Assembly: GCA_964035545.1 (NCBI GenBank) | Contig: OZ037765.1 | Span: forward strand, 32,673,504 to 32,737,503 | DNA from: Bugula neritina | Lineage: Eukaryota; Animalia; Bryozoa | Reading direction: 5' to 3' | Length of the DNA: 64,000 nucleotides | Made by a program: the position numbers and the translations under genes | Part shown: in pieces, positions 27,232 to 40,180 of the stretch | Position numbering within the stretch: the first letter of the stretch is position 1 | Layout of the letters: every line of letters begins with the position of its first letter | The notes under the pieces: model-generated | Told to the model about the DNA's origin: nothing | Databases searched by the model: none | What the model saw: only the letters and a program-made list of their open reading frames with translations

Positions 27232-29732
27232 ACATGTGGAAATAGTTCACAATTTTTTCAACTGATAAATTTGTTTTTCAAACTTGATCTCTTGTAATTG
27301 ATTTTCACATATTAAAGATACAAGATGGTCAATTTTTGAGATGTTAAATTTGCTGCGTTTCGTTTCTTCATTGCTTATGGTGAAAAAAGTATACAACCAT
27401 ATTTTAATATTAGATAGGTCTTATTTATTTATATTTACGTCATGACCAAAAAAAATAGCAACGAAGGTAAAAAGCGATTCACCAGGCAGCTGCCCTGGAC
27501 ATTATTTTTAACTCATTATTATTCAAACTGATTATATTACAATAATGTGAATTCAATTATTTAAATATTATATAAAAAGACTTGGCCTCAAACACTGCAT
27601 AATAAATCCACTTAGCAATATTTAAATGAACTGGGTGTGTATTAGAAAATGAATATTTTGTAAGGGGATATGGTGGCACATGGTTTACCTATTCTAATAT
27701 GTACATTTAGATTATTCTGTTTTTATTAATTGGAAAAGAGGCAGTGCATTTCTAACAACAAAAATATCTATTTTTCAAAACTAATTTCTATGCTAATTAT
27801 ATTTTTTAGAGTCAAAGAAAATTCTTCTAAAATTATATGTTGGCATATAACGTAATGTGAAGAATTCACTGAGTATTGGGGATGAGAATGAATCTATCTG
27901 TCTTGTAGTACTGAGACGTGCTGCCTCCCGCTGCCCACAGCAGCAGAGCCAGGTTGAAGTGGTGCTAAACTTTTATTAGACAAGGCGTAACACTGGCTAT
28001 TGTGTAATTATGTGGAATTGTCATCTACTATGCTACACATTGAGGAATTCCATTAATCGGAATGAAAACACTGTTAGATTTATTGACAATTATGTTTCAT
28101 GTACATTTTTGCTTTTTGCTTTTCATATGCCTTGTGAATTATGTAGTATTGCTTTCAACATATTATATATTTTGTACATATCTATAATTTTTTATTGCAG
28201 CTTTTGTACGTGTTGTGACAGTCACACTGGTCATGAATTTTAATGCCAAATTTTTGTGCAATTTTTTTGTAAATACTTAAAAAATACTGCTATATACTAA
28301 CACTTTGACGATTATGGCGTAACTGCTATAATATATTTCGCTAACTCTTAAATTTTTAATAAAAATACAAGTAAAAACTTTTTTAATACAGTCAAGTCTT
28401 TGGGATGAGTTCCTGTGAAATCATTGTGCTTTTACTTACTTATATAAAGTGTCTAGCGACATCATAAACAGGAAAGGTATTTCACATATGAGGAAACAGA
28501 GTCATTAAGTCAAGATAAATAATAATTTATATTGACAAGTTTTAAATAAAAAAACTATAGTCGCAATTCTAAAATTAAGATTTATTGTATCCTTGGTACA
28601 GCTAACTGTATATAGTATGAATATACATGCAACAATATGTTAGAACGCACAGTGCATACACTACCAGGACTGTCAAATTTGTCAACCACCTTGTCATGGG
28701 TGTCATTGATTTTTATTATAACAAATTATTCCCATCTTCAACTTGCCAACTGTATTTTAGACAGCTGTTGTATGAAACATTAGCAAGTCATGAGGCATAT
28801 AATTGTTGAAACTTAGTAAGCAAATTTTTATGTTTTGTTGAGTCATTAAAGAAAAAATAAAATATAGTTTTAAATAGTTTTTGCTGTTGCTAGTTTTTTA
28901 TGAAAGAAAGTTTATTAAAGATTTTGTTAAAATTTGCAACAAGTTTGTTGTAAAAGTTTCAAAACTCAACAACATACATGCGACAGAAATAAATATTTGT
29001 GCAAATGTGTTGCATATGTTGTGTGTAGATGCAGCTACTTTATATATGGTGTTTACATTCGATCAACTTACGAACTGACTCCTAAATTAATACAATTTAC
29101 GTATTAGTTGAGTGAAATATTACACTCAGCAGAAATGCTGCAGCTGTTTTGATTTCTAGACACATTTAAATAAGAAGGCTGTCAACCGTGCAATTTGCTT
29201 AGATTCAGTTTCTATTATTAAATATTATGCGGCAATTTTCATATAATGTGTATTTAATTTCATGTTAAACTGATACAAAATGATGAGCAAACAAAATTGA
29301 GTGCTGTAATTCTGAATAATTTATAGCACTTCCTTGAAAGAGATCACGTACTCTGTCTTGAAACTATAATTTTTATAATTTGAGGATATGATATAAGTTA
29401 TGTTGCTATAAATTACATGCATGCAGCAGCTTGTGTACACCTCTTTCTAAAATTCAGACTATATCATAAATAATAGCAAACTTCTGTACAGTTTTAATTA
29501 ATATATTACAATATGGCTTTAAAAAGTAATTGGATTTAAGCATGTTGATAAGCTAACTGTGATTGGCATATTACATAACAGTTGGTGTGAAAGAATTAAG
29601 CTATAATAGATAAATCATTAATTCATACTTTACTTAAATTTTCACAAAGACCAATAACCAAAATTAGGAAAATTAACATTTATAAACACAGGTAGCAGAA
29701 AATTTCACTGACTAAGTAATCTAATGCATAAA

Positions 29733-29759
29733 GTATATATATATATATATATATATATA
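29733..29759. repeat. (TA)n microsatellite
   Basis: Seen directly; a 12-bp unit AGACATAAAGTG x3 lies nearby at about 29872-29908. Confidence 0.9.
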
Positions 29760-31400
29760 CACCTGTGGCTTGAAAAAACATTGCAACGCATAAATTATTA
29801 AAACTTTAAGATTGTATTCAATTACGTTAAATAGAAGTTAGGTATGACCTTGAATCTAAAACTTGAGTATCAAGACATAAAGTGAGACATAAAGTGAGAC
29901 ATAAAGTGTTACAAAGCACTGATGGCAGCTGAATTTGCAGTCTTTTACTCATTACTAAAGCTAAAATGAGTTCAAATATTGTAAAAATAAGATAACTTCT
30001 AAATATGAAAAACTATTATACATTAATTCATAAATATCAATAACAAAAAATAAATAGCCTATTAAAGTTAATCTATAAATGAAGCTTGTAGAGTCTGCTT
30101 AGATATTATCATTATGAAGCTGAGATCGAAGAAACAAAAAAGTAGCACAACTCCAATTATCTTCTTAGAAGTCATAATATGGCTATGTTGTCACATATTT
30201 TATTTCTGGTGGAGAGGTAAGCATGGGGGGAAAGTGTGCAAAAACAGTAGCTTATGTTCTTGCTCATGACAGGCTCTTTAAAATCTTGTGGAATTCATAA
30301 GAAAATGTTTAATTCCTCTCTCTGTCTCATTGCAAGGCTTTTAGGACCCACACTTTCCTGCTCTGCAGAACTAATAAATTATAAGTATCAACTGCTAATC
30401 TGCTTTATGAAATATTTCAGTCTCAATTGTCAAAAGTAAAATATCTTTTAATGCACTATATATAAACAAAGCGTTTATCTATCTTATTCTAATTATGTTG
30501 ACGCAGGCAAAGATGCTTATTATAAATTAAAGAGTTGTGTGAAATTTCAATAGTTTAAGAAATACTACCAATTTGACGTTTATTTAATGTTAAAGACTAT
30601 ACCAATAGGCAGTACAACTGCAAATAGTAACAACACACAGTACACTGATGCTTATTATGAAATACACACTGAATGCACAGAACTGAGAAATAAACAGAGC
30701 CTAATTACTTTAGCTTTAAAGAATCTATAGCTATTGAAGATATTCTCCAGAGTTCTTCTAACTAAAAGTTTTTGTTTAATTATTCTAAAATAATTAAACC
30801 AGAGCACATGTAATTTTCTATAAAAAAATGTTTACACTTTTACACTTTTTAGCTTCCTATACAAATATGTTTTGAAGATATATAAACTCAAACTTTCTGG
30901 TTTATGCTGAGGGAAAGATATTAACACTGGTACCATGTCTCTTTGAAAATATTTCATTACAAAATCTTTCTAGAAATTCCTACAAGCTTTTAGAATTTAA
31001 TAAATAGTATTCTAGGGCTTGGTCAACAATAAACTTCATCAAATTAAATTTGAAATGAGAAGCAAAAACATTGTATAATTGAGGGTTTTATGTTGAACAA
31101 GAAAAATTATTACAATTTTTTTAATTTTGCAAAGAACTTATAAGTTCATTGTATCAAATAATTGCAAAACAAATTTGGTTCAAAGTGGCAAAACTGCAAA
31201 ATACATATTAAAACGCAAATTCTTTTGTCAGCAGAATTTTCATTCCTTAAATTTTTAATTGAAATTGGATTACCGCTCTGTTATATAATGTAGAGTAATG
31301 CATGTAAAATGTAAATGAACTTTTTAAAATTATTTTAATCAATAGAATACTTTGTCACCCTGCAAGCAGTTTACTGCAGCTATTCATAGAAAGTAGCAAC

Positions 31401-32324
31401 ATGCTGTGTGAAGGTGTTACTAAAACCTGCGTAGAACCAGAGCTATCTGCTGTACATTTGCTATTAAACTGTGTCAGCATAGTGAGCAACATTGTACATC
31501 TTGTCGTTCTAAGTGGGATAGAAAAATCGAAGAAAACGAAACACTACTGGAGCATAATAAACATTGGCATTACTGATATAGCAGCAGGTGTATCTCAAAT
31601 GCTCGCAGGTAGCTGTGAAATTATTACACCAGTTTTGAGTTTGACCAATCAGCAAGCTCAGCAGTACCAGATCGTGGTGTTTATACTAGCAGCGGGTTCT
31701 TCAATGGTTCGCTTAGCTGTTCTGGCTTTGAGCAGCTATGAAAGGTACGTCTCTATTTGCCGACCCTTGCAGTCTACCTCTAACAAAGTATTGGACAATT
31801 TTGGGGTCTCCGTCATTGTAATCTGGATCATCAGCTATGGGACAGTAACTCTAACAATCCTCACAAAGGGTGACATGTACTGCTATGGTGAATTTGGAGC
31901 TTTACCCATTCAAGTCGATACTGCAACTTTGATAACATACTGCGTGATAATTCTGGCCACTTTCCTAACATGTTCAGTATGTTTGTATAAAGTTAGAGTA
32001 GAATTAAAACGGATGGCTGAAAGAAATGTTCCTGGACATGATGATGAGATTATCAAGAGATCTGCAACTTATATTATACTGATTTGCGCCCTCTTTTATT
32101 TATCCTACGTTCCCACACTGATCTCTATGCCGGGTTACAGTGTGAAGGCTTTAAGAGGGGTAACGCAAGCTTTGTCGTGGGGAGTGATGATTTATAACGC
32201 ATTTTATGGTACTCTGAACATTGTGATATACATAAGCATGACTCCAGGATACAGAGTACATATAAGGAAACTGTTCAAGTGTAGAGGCAGCCTTTCACAA
32301 GTAGCACCTGCTGCACCTGCCTAA
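31401..32324 (+). CDS. Intronless rhodopsin-like (class A) orphan GPCR, copy 1 (307 aa)
   Basis: Seven hydrophobic segments; TM1 SN, TM2 NIGITD, TM3 SYERYVSICRPL, TM6 LFYLSYVP, TM7 LNIVIY, helix 8 GYRVHIRKLFKC. The upstream MES start seen in the other copies is ATA here. Confidence 0.93.
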   Translation: MLCEGVTKTCVEPELSAVHLLLNCVSIVSNIVHLVVLSGIEKSKKTKHYWSIINIGITDIAAGVSQMLAGSCEIITPVLSLTNQQAQQYQIVVFILAAGSSMVRLAVLALSSYERYVSICRPLQSTSNKVLDNFGVSVIVIWIISYGTVTLTILTKGDMYCYGEFGALPIQVDTATLITYCVIILATFLTCSVCLYKVRVELKRMAERNVPGHDDEIIKRSATYIILICALFYLSYVPTLISMPGYSVKALRGVTQALSWGVMIYNAFYGTLNIVIYISMTPGYRVHIRKLFKCRGSLSQVAPAAPA

Positions 32325-35300
32325 TAGAACTTGCTACTTAATAGTGCCACACAAAGTTGAGATATTTTGTTTAGGTTAGTTTACTATATGTTATAGATAT
32401 TATGTCTTGTTTCACACAAAAAGCAAAAAAGAATTTAAACATAAACAATTTTGTCAAAAATTTATTGTATTACTAAATGTTATTTAGTGTTGTCAATTAT
32501 TAAATGGTGTTTTCTATAACGTAACAGTAGATTACTATTTGATTGTTTGGCTCTGCAGTTTTGCTTTCATGTATATCGCAATCATCTGATGTTTGGAATA
32601 TTGCGCTTTTTCCCAGGTATGGTTATTATAATAAGTAAATGATTATTGAGAAGCTAGACTCATTTATAAATAAATTACTAAAATATGTCGCGTGCTGTTT
32701 ACATTACATATAACAGCATTATAACAGCTGTCCAGCTTGCCATTGTTATTAATTTGTGCAGTTTATATTCAAGTATAACATTTGAGGTTGTTCAAATTAA
32801 GCTGATGCTTCTAATAAATGTCATGTAACCTTTCAACTCTCTTTGAATTTCTAGCTATTGCATGAATGAGAAACATTTGATCGCTGAGTGAAACAGTGCA
32901 GAATCAAAACTGAGTTGTTAGATTTCTCCCCCAAACAATAATACAATCTTTCACTGCTCTGAATCTGTATTATAGTTCTACAATCTTTTACTCAAGTGGA
33001 ACGAGCAGTCAATACAGTAATATAAAAAAGTATTGATTTAACGACATCATTCTGCCTAAACTATCCTATTATTGGATACTATATATATTATGTATATTCT
33101 TATATGAGATGATTGAAACTTCTAAGCTTTCAGATTTATTCAAGTAGAAATTCTATCAACTGGTTCAAAGATAAACAAGTAGTTATTCAATATTAAAGCC
33201 GTCTAACTTCACATAATAATATTTTTGTTATTAAAATATTTATTAAGAAGTTTTCTTAATAATTCAAATTGCAGTATTATTAGAAGATAGTACAATGTGC
33301 TGTTCAACACTTCTCAAACTAAAAGCTTTGACAATAAGAAGCTATAAGGGATAAACGTTATTTCGTATTGCTTTTTATTCACAGAACTACCACTAAATAA
33401 TGTCTTTATTATACGTATTGTGATAGTTGCTTGGTACGTTTTGAGAATGTGCAGGAACACTTGTGCAATATTTGGAGTATATTACAATATTTAATGTTTT
33501 ATTATTGCAAGCATTATTTAATTACAGTCTATTGATTTAGAGTATTGAAAGTCATTTCCAAGCTACCAGAATACTGAAAGTTACAACTTATTCTAAATTA
33601 GTTCATGTAGCCAAAATGGTAAAAAAATAATTGGAAATTGCTTTCTAAACATCAGTTACATATAAATTGATAATGTAACAATAATAATTTAACAAACTTT
33701 AAATTGCTATAAATTCAAATAAAATTATGCTAAAATTGAGTTGTTAACTGGTACATGTACTGCTATTTTAGTAGTATAATTTTCTGTAACCAACTCATCT
33801 TGGAAAATAAATTCACAGATGCTACCTTTGCTTATAATAACAAATGTATTATATTAGATTAGTAGCTAACGATTATTTATACAATTATTGAAATTGAGCT
33901 TATGTTTGCAGCATAAAGTTTAAGAAAATGTTTAGATTTTCAACAGGATGACAATAGCCATGTTTCTGATTGATAGATAGATAGACTGAAAGGTGGTTAT
34001 CAAAAGCAATTACTAATAGCTTCAACTAAGAAAATAAACCAAGACAAACCTGGAAGCTGAACTACACTTCAATTTTGATGCAGTAACAGAGAGGTTTTAA
34101 TAGCCTGAGTCCATTAACTGCTTTGCTCAATTTCTCAATCACTTTGCCAAATTTTACTATTCGACTAGCTGTTTTCACTTTCGGCTACTGCTTAATAATA
34201 GAAATATAAAAACAGATGCTTCTTCTCCTCTGGGTCTAAATAGATTTTTAATATCTTACAGCTAGACTGTATACGGTAGCAGTTGGTTACTTGATTAAAT
34301 TCCAAATGTGTTGTGAAGATGTTGCACTACATAAATTTCAATTTTTATATTCTTATTCTACTGGGACCATCTGTAACACTGAAATTGGTACATTATTTTC
34401 AACGGAATGGTATTTCTTAAACTGTTGAAATATTACACAATTCTTTAAACTATATGCATTTGTGCCATATGCATGTCAATGTGTAATGTGTTCTCATAGG
34501 GATGTACTTTGTGATGAGGATATGCGACTTTTATTGAATTCAGCATCCTTTATTTATGCATTGTGTCATTATGTTATTAGAAATACAGTTGAGCAGCTAA
34601 ACCGTAATTCCTAAGCAACTACAAGCGAATCAGAAAACCTCTTTCCCTCCAATAAAGTGTCAACTGGTTAAAAATAAATATTTAAAAATATTAACTTACA
34701 AGCTATAAGTAACAAAACTAAACTGGCCAACTTTTTTCAAGTGACAAAAATTATAAATACTAAATTTTTTTATAATTTAGTAGATAATATTCTAATGTTT
34801 AGTTGACAATCAACTTTATCAAAAGAAATTTGACATAAGTAACAAATTTTCTGTTACGAGTTGAACAAGAAAAGTGTTACAAAAAATGTATTTAATTGTT
34901 TGGAATTAAGCTTATGTGCTCATATTGTATCGTTTTATTGCAAAACGTATTTGGTTTAAAGTGGCAAAACTGCAGACTATATATTTGTCTTGGTTTAATT
35001 AAAAAAGCTCTCTATTACTCGGTTTCAATTATTTGCAGAATGTAATTTTTATTTGTTGTGTGAATGAAACCACAAGCATAAGTTCATGCAAAACCGTAAC
35101 CAAAAATTAATCTGTATAGATTTGCATATAATGCAAAGTCATGGAAAAACAGTGTACGTGTACGTATTACCAAGTTTGGGGATACATAATTTTCAAAAAA
35201 ACTATATTGTATAAAAAAACTACATGCTATTTAAACCGATTTAATTTAGTCAATGATTATTGTATGAATAACACAATAACGCAGCACAAGTACTATAAAT

Positions 35301-36308
35301 AAATGACACTGAACTCAAATTCAAATATCCTCATCATAAACTGTATTCCTATAATGAAAACATATTTAATTTTCAATTTACAAATCATACACAATTTCAA
35401 CTTGCATAAATGTAATATACAACTTCATAAAAATATCAATATTACACAGTTATAAGTTTCTTTGTTTTAGTAAAATGATCATATACTTGTAAGCTTGATT
35501 GACTGATACTTTAAAATTGATTGACCTGTTTAAGAAGAAAGCTTATGTTTTTTATTAAAAATAACTGAAAATCACACAGCATTAAAAACTGTGTTTAGGA
35601 GACTAAAATGCATGCATATGAATGCCTTTATGACATTTTCTTCTAGTCATTGCTGAAATATGCATACGAAAAGTAATTTTTTTTTTGTAATCAGTTTATT
35701 TAGTTAGCCTAGAACATCTTTAATAATCAACTGGTTTAAACTATTGAAAGCTAGTTATAGTTTTTGTATTATAGCCTAAATTTATCCCTTTATGTGCTGC
35801 GTGTTGCAATTGGTAGAATGTAACCAATTTCACTACCAGGGAAAAAGAGCAAACAACTACCAACCACTCGAACAGTTGCTATATTTGATTATTGGATTTG
35901 ACTAAAAATATTTGCACATATGAATAACGGTAATGATTTGAACAACTATTAAAGATGCTATATGCATATATAGTACGTAAACAACACGTATAAGCAGTAG
36001 TTTATCCATAAAGTGTTTATTTAAGCTTATGAAGAAACAACCAACATACGACATTGACCACATTTGGAGCAAGCACAATTTTCAGCACTAATTTTTTTAT
36101 CGTTTATATTAAAATGGTACAATAGTGTTATTTAATTAAAATATTATTTAACAGTGGAGAATATACATTGAACACTACTTGAAATATTTAAACTAGAACA
36201 TTTTATTTAATTTACTACAAAGAATTGACAACATTTTCGAACTGACACAAAAAAATCAAACAGAAAGAAAACCTTACTTTTTTATGAACTAAAAAACTTT
36301 AAGTTCAA

Positions 36309-37247
36309 TTAGGCAGGTGCAGCAGGTGCTACTTGTGAAAGGCTGCATCTACACTTGAACAGTTTCCTTATATGTATTCTGTATCCTGGAGTCATGCATA
36401 TGTATATCACAATGTTCAGAGTACCATAACATGCGTTATAAATCAACACTCCCCATGTTAAAGCACGAATCACCCCTCTTAAAGCCTCTAAATTATAACC
36501 AGGCGTAGAGATCAATGAGGGAACGTAGGATAAATAAAAGAGGGCACAAATCAGCATAATATAAGTTGCAGACCTCTTGATACTCTCATCATCATGTCCA
36601 GGAACATTTCTTTCAGCCATCCGTTTTAATTCTACTCTAACTTTATACAAACATACTGAACAGATTAGGAAAGAGGCAAAAATTGTTACACCGTATGTTA
36701 CTGAAGTTGCAGTATTGACTTGAATGGGTACAGCTCCATACTCACTGTAGCAGTACATGTCAACTTGTGTGAGGATTGCTAGAGTTACGATCCCATAGCT
36801 GGTGATATAAATTACACAGATTGAAATCCCAAAGTTTTCCAATACTTTGTTAGACGTAGACTGCAAGGGTCGGCAAATAGAGACGTACCTTTCATAGCTG
36901 CTCAAAGCCAGCACAGCTAAACGAGCTATTGAAGAACCCGCTGTTAGTATAAACACCACGATCTGGTACTGCTGAGCTTGCTGATTGGTCAAACTCAAAA
37001 CTAGTGTAGCAATTTCACAGCTAGCTATAAGTATTTGAGATACACTTACTGCTACGTCAGTAATGCCAATGTTTATTACGCTCCAAATATGCTTTGTTTT
37101 CTTCGATTTGTCAATTGCACTTAGCACGATGAGATTTACAATGTTGCTCACTATACTGACACAGTTTAATAGCAGATGTATTGCAGATAGCTCTGGTTCT
37201 ACGCAGATTTTAGTAACACCTTCACACAGCATGTCACTGCTTTCCAT
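36309..37247 (-). CDS. Intronless class A orphan GPCR, copy 2 (312 aa from MESSD)
   Basis: Paralogue of copy 1. The start is placed at the ATG shared by copies 2-5 (939-nt ORF), just after a TGCAG acceptor-like site; the ORF track extends it to 37328. Confidence 0.93.
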   Translation of the reverse strand: MESSDMLCEGVTKICVEPELSAIHLLLNCVSIVSNIVNLIVLSAIDKSKKTKHIWSVINIGITDVAVSVSQILIASCEIATLVLSLTNQQAQQYQIVVFILTAGSSIARLAVLALSSYERYVSICRPLQSTSNKVLENFGISICVIYITSYGIVTLAILTQVDMYCYSEYGAVPIQVNTATSVTYGVTIFASFLICSVCLYKVRVELKRMAERNVPGHDDESIKRSATYIMLICALFYLSYVPSLISTPGYNLEALRGVIRALTWGVLIYNACYGTLNIVIYICMTPGYRIHIRKLFKCRCSLSQVAPAAPA

Positions 37248-39890
37248 GTCTGCACCATCAAAGTGGCAGAAGCAAACTGATTGCAAAGTTCGAAGTATTT
37301 TATTGATGAAAAAAGTTGCAAGGATCATTTAAATTTTTTATCATCATAAAACCATGTCTCTATAAGAGCATATTTAGTTTTCAGTTTGCAAATCATACAT
37401 AATTTCAACTTGTTTAAATGCAATATAAAATCTCAAAAAGATATCAATATTACATCATTAAAATTTGCTTTGTTTTAGTAAAATAATCATATACTTGTAA
37501 ACTGGACTGACATGGTACTTTAAAATTGATTGACCTGTTCAAGTAGAAAGCTTATGTTTTTCATCAAAATGACTAAAAAATCATTCAGCATAACTGGAGT
37601 TTAGAAGACTAAAATGTATGCATGCGAATGCCTTTATCACATTTCTTCTGGTCATTAATGCTAAAATATGTATTCCAAAAGTAAACTTTTTATCTTTCAA
37701 TAATTTTATTTAGTTAGTTCCAAAAATCTTCAATAATCAAATACTTATTGTTTAATAATCAACTATACAGGTTTAAACTACTGACAGCTACTTGTAGTAT
37801 TTGTATTTCTTAATGCCTATATTTATCCCTTTATGTGCTGCGTGCGGTAGAATGTAACTAATTCCGCTACCAGAAAAAAAGAGCAAACAACTGCCAACCA
37901 CTTGAGCAGTTGCTATTTCATTAATGGATTTGACTAAAAATTAATATTACACCACTTACAGCATATAAATATTATAGGAATAAAACTGTAATGTATGTTT
38001 TTTGCTTGAACTATTATGTAGTGTTTCACTACTGTTATGTATGTGTAGGTTGTTAAAAGTACAGTTGAATTTGCTGTCTTTTACTTATAACTATATGGCA
38101 ATAATTAGGAGTTCAAATACAATGGATATGATAACTTCTAAATATAGAACATATATATTGTACATCTATTTAGGTTTGATCTAACCAAAAAGTAAGAATG
38201 TATTAAAACTTATTTATTTAATCAAAACTGTTAGACTCTGTTTAGATATTATTATTGTGAATTGTATGAAGAAGCTGAAATTAAAGATGCAAAAAAGTAG
38301 CATAACTCCAAATACTTTCTTAGATGAAAGGTTTCATAAGTCTTACATATTTTAGACCAGCAGAGGAAAGGGTGAGTAGCCCATTAAGAGAAAAAGAGTG
38401 AACGACATGAGTTCAAACTAAAAACAACTTGTCAACCTTTAAACATTTTTAATGTATAAGAAAATTTTCAACTTTTCTCTTTCTCATGGTTTTAGGGACG
38501 GCCAAACTTTACTACACCTGTGTAAATAACAAACATCAACAATTTTATTAATCTGCTTTATGCGTGATTTAAGTCCCATTGCCAAGGATTAAATGTTTTG
38601 AATACATACTATATAAGCTGATTCATATGAAAAGGCAATTTATATATTTCTCATTCAAGTTATGTTGAAATGAGCGCAAATGCTTGTTATAAATTGAAGA
38701 GTTTCGAGATATTTTAACAATTTTAGAACTGCCACTACTTTGACTATAATGTGCAGCTTTCGATGTTGAAGATAATACCAGTGGCCACAAGAATATAAAA
38801 AGTCATAGTATTTATCTAAACCCACGTGTTTGCAACATATATAACTTTGAATTCAACTGTTGAAAGTTTGCAGTCGATCTATCAGGTAATTAAAGAAGAC
38901 AAATCCTATTTATTTAGACTCAGGAGAGAATAAACCACTGTTTTTTATTTATAATTTAAAATAGTGGATGAAAGTGACAAGTGCTATTAATTTGAATTGC
39001 AAGATACAAGAACTTTAGCATTGCAGGCCTTTCTCTTGATCTTTTTTCTTACATATTTGCCATCAGCACATGAAAATATCCTACCTTGAAAATACCAAGC
39101 TTCCATAAATTTTTGAACAAATTTTCCCATTTTGCCTAATATCAGGCTGGTGTGTATTAATTAAAGTCAAATGACTGACATATAATGCTTCACCTGTTGA
39201 AGATCATACAGACGTATCTTACAGGCGTATGATAATTAAAACACACTTTCTGAATAACTATTTGAATGACAAAACTATTATTATGTAAAAGTTAGATGCA
39301 CATTCATTTCAAATGACTACTTTGTTGGTAAAATTTCCACTGAAATAATTCTAAAAACATAGAACGGTCAATCACCTACTACGATGTTATATAATATATT
39401 GTGTGTGGAATCATTTTGCTATAAATCAATGGTTTATGTATTAAACTATTGACTGTTCACTCCACTTGCATGAAAAGTCAATTCTTTTATATATTATAAT
39501 ATATATTTGCTAGAATCATATTGCTAAATTAATGCATTTTATATTAATATTGACTTCTTGTCCCAGTTGAGTGAAAGATTATATTATTGTGTTAATAAGA
39601 AGTCTAGCAGTAAAATCTTTACTCGATTAAATTTCAAATGCTTTCAATTTAAAAATTTAAAAAGTAGAAACAGTTGAAAGTCAAATAAGAATTTATTAGA
39701 AGTATTTGAGTTACTTGAACCAGTCTAAAACTTATGTTTGTATACATGCACTACGCAGATTAAAGAGAGTGACACGTTAAACAGTTATTCACTGCGCTCC
39801 CATACATCAAATGAAAGATCCAATCATGCGAAGTATGGTAATGCAGTCATGCATCTTAATTCTTGTAAACAACAAACATACATTTAGTAA

Positions 39891-40180
39891 GCCTAGGGCC
39901 ACACGGTGCGCGTTGAAAAAACCTTCGCACTTGTCGCTCTGCATTTTCAACGCAAGTGCGAATCGTCTCTGTCATCGTCACCTAATTGGCTGGTAGCTAT
40001 TCAGCGAGCCCAATTTCTTTATTTAGTGCTATATTCCAGTAAATTGCGTTTTATTGAAAGCGAGTGCGATTTAAAAATGAAAGCTTTATTTATCACGCAT
40101 CACTGACGCTACAGTGGACACCTTTGCTACTCGTGATTTTAATTTTCGCATGCGAAAATACGCACAGTGTGGCCCTAGGC
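39891..40180. mobile_element. PIF/Harbinger-type MITE with a 52-bp deletion in the left TIR
   Basis: Ends GCCTAGGGCCACAC...GTGTGGCCCTAGGC, flanked by a TAA duplication (39888-90 and 40181-83). The empty site is at 53753-55. Confidence 0.9.

Noticed and set aside
31401-32324. Opsin identity suggested by the SQVAPA tail
   Set aside because: No Lys at the retinal-binding TM7 position (Ala instead) and no C3.25.
37248-37328. N-terminal extension MILATFFINK... of GPCR copies 2 and 4
   Set aside because: Not shared as an ATG-started ORF by all copies; the MES ATG is common to copies 2-5 and follows an acceptor-like TGCAG.
37063-37332. Repeated plus-strand ORFs (37063, 42927, 50930) and ORFs at 38002, 43796, 51810
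   Set aside because: Antisense shadows of the GPCRs or duplicated non-coding DNA; they recur only because the DNA is duplicated.
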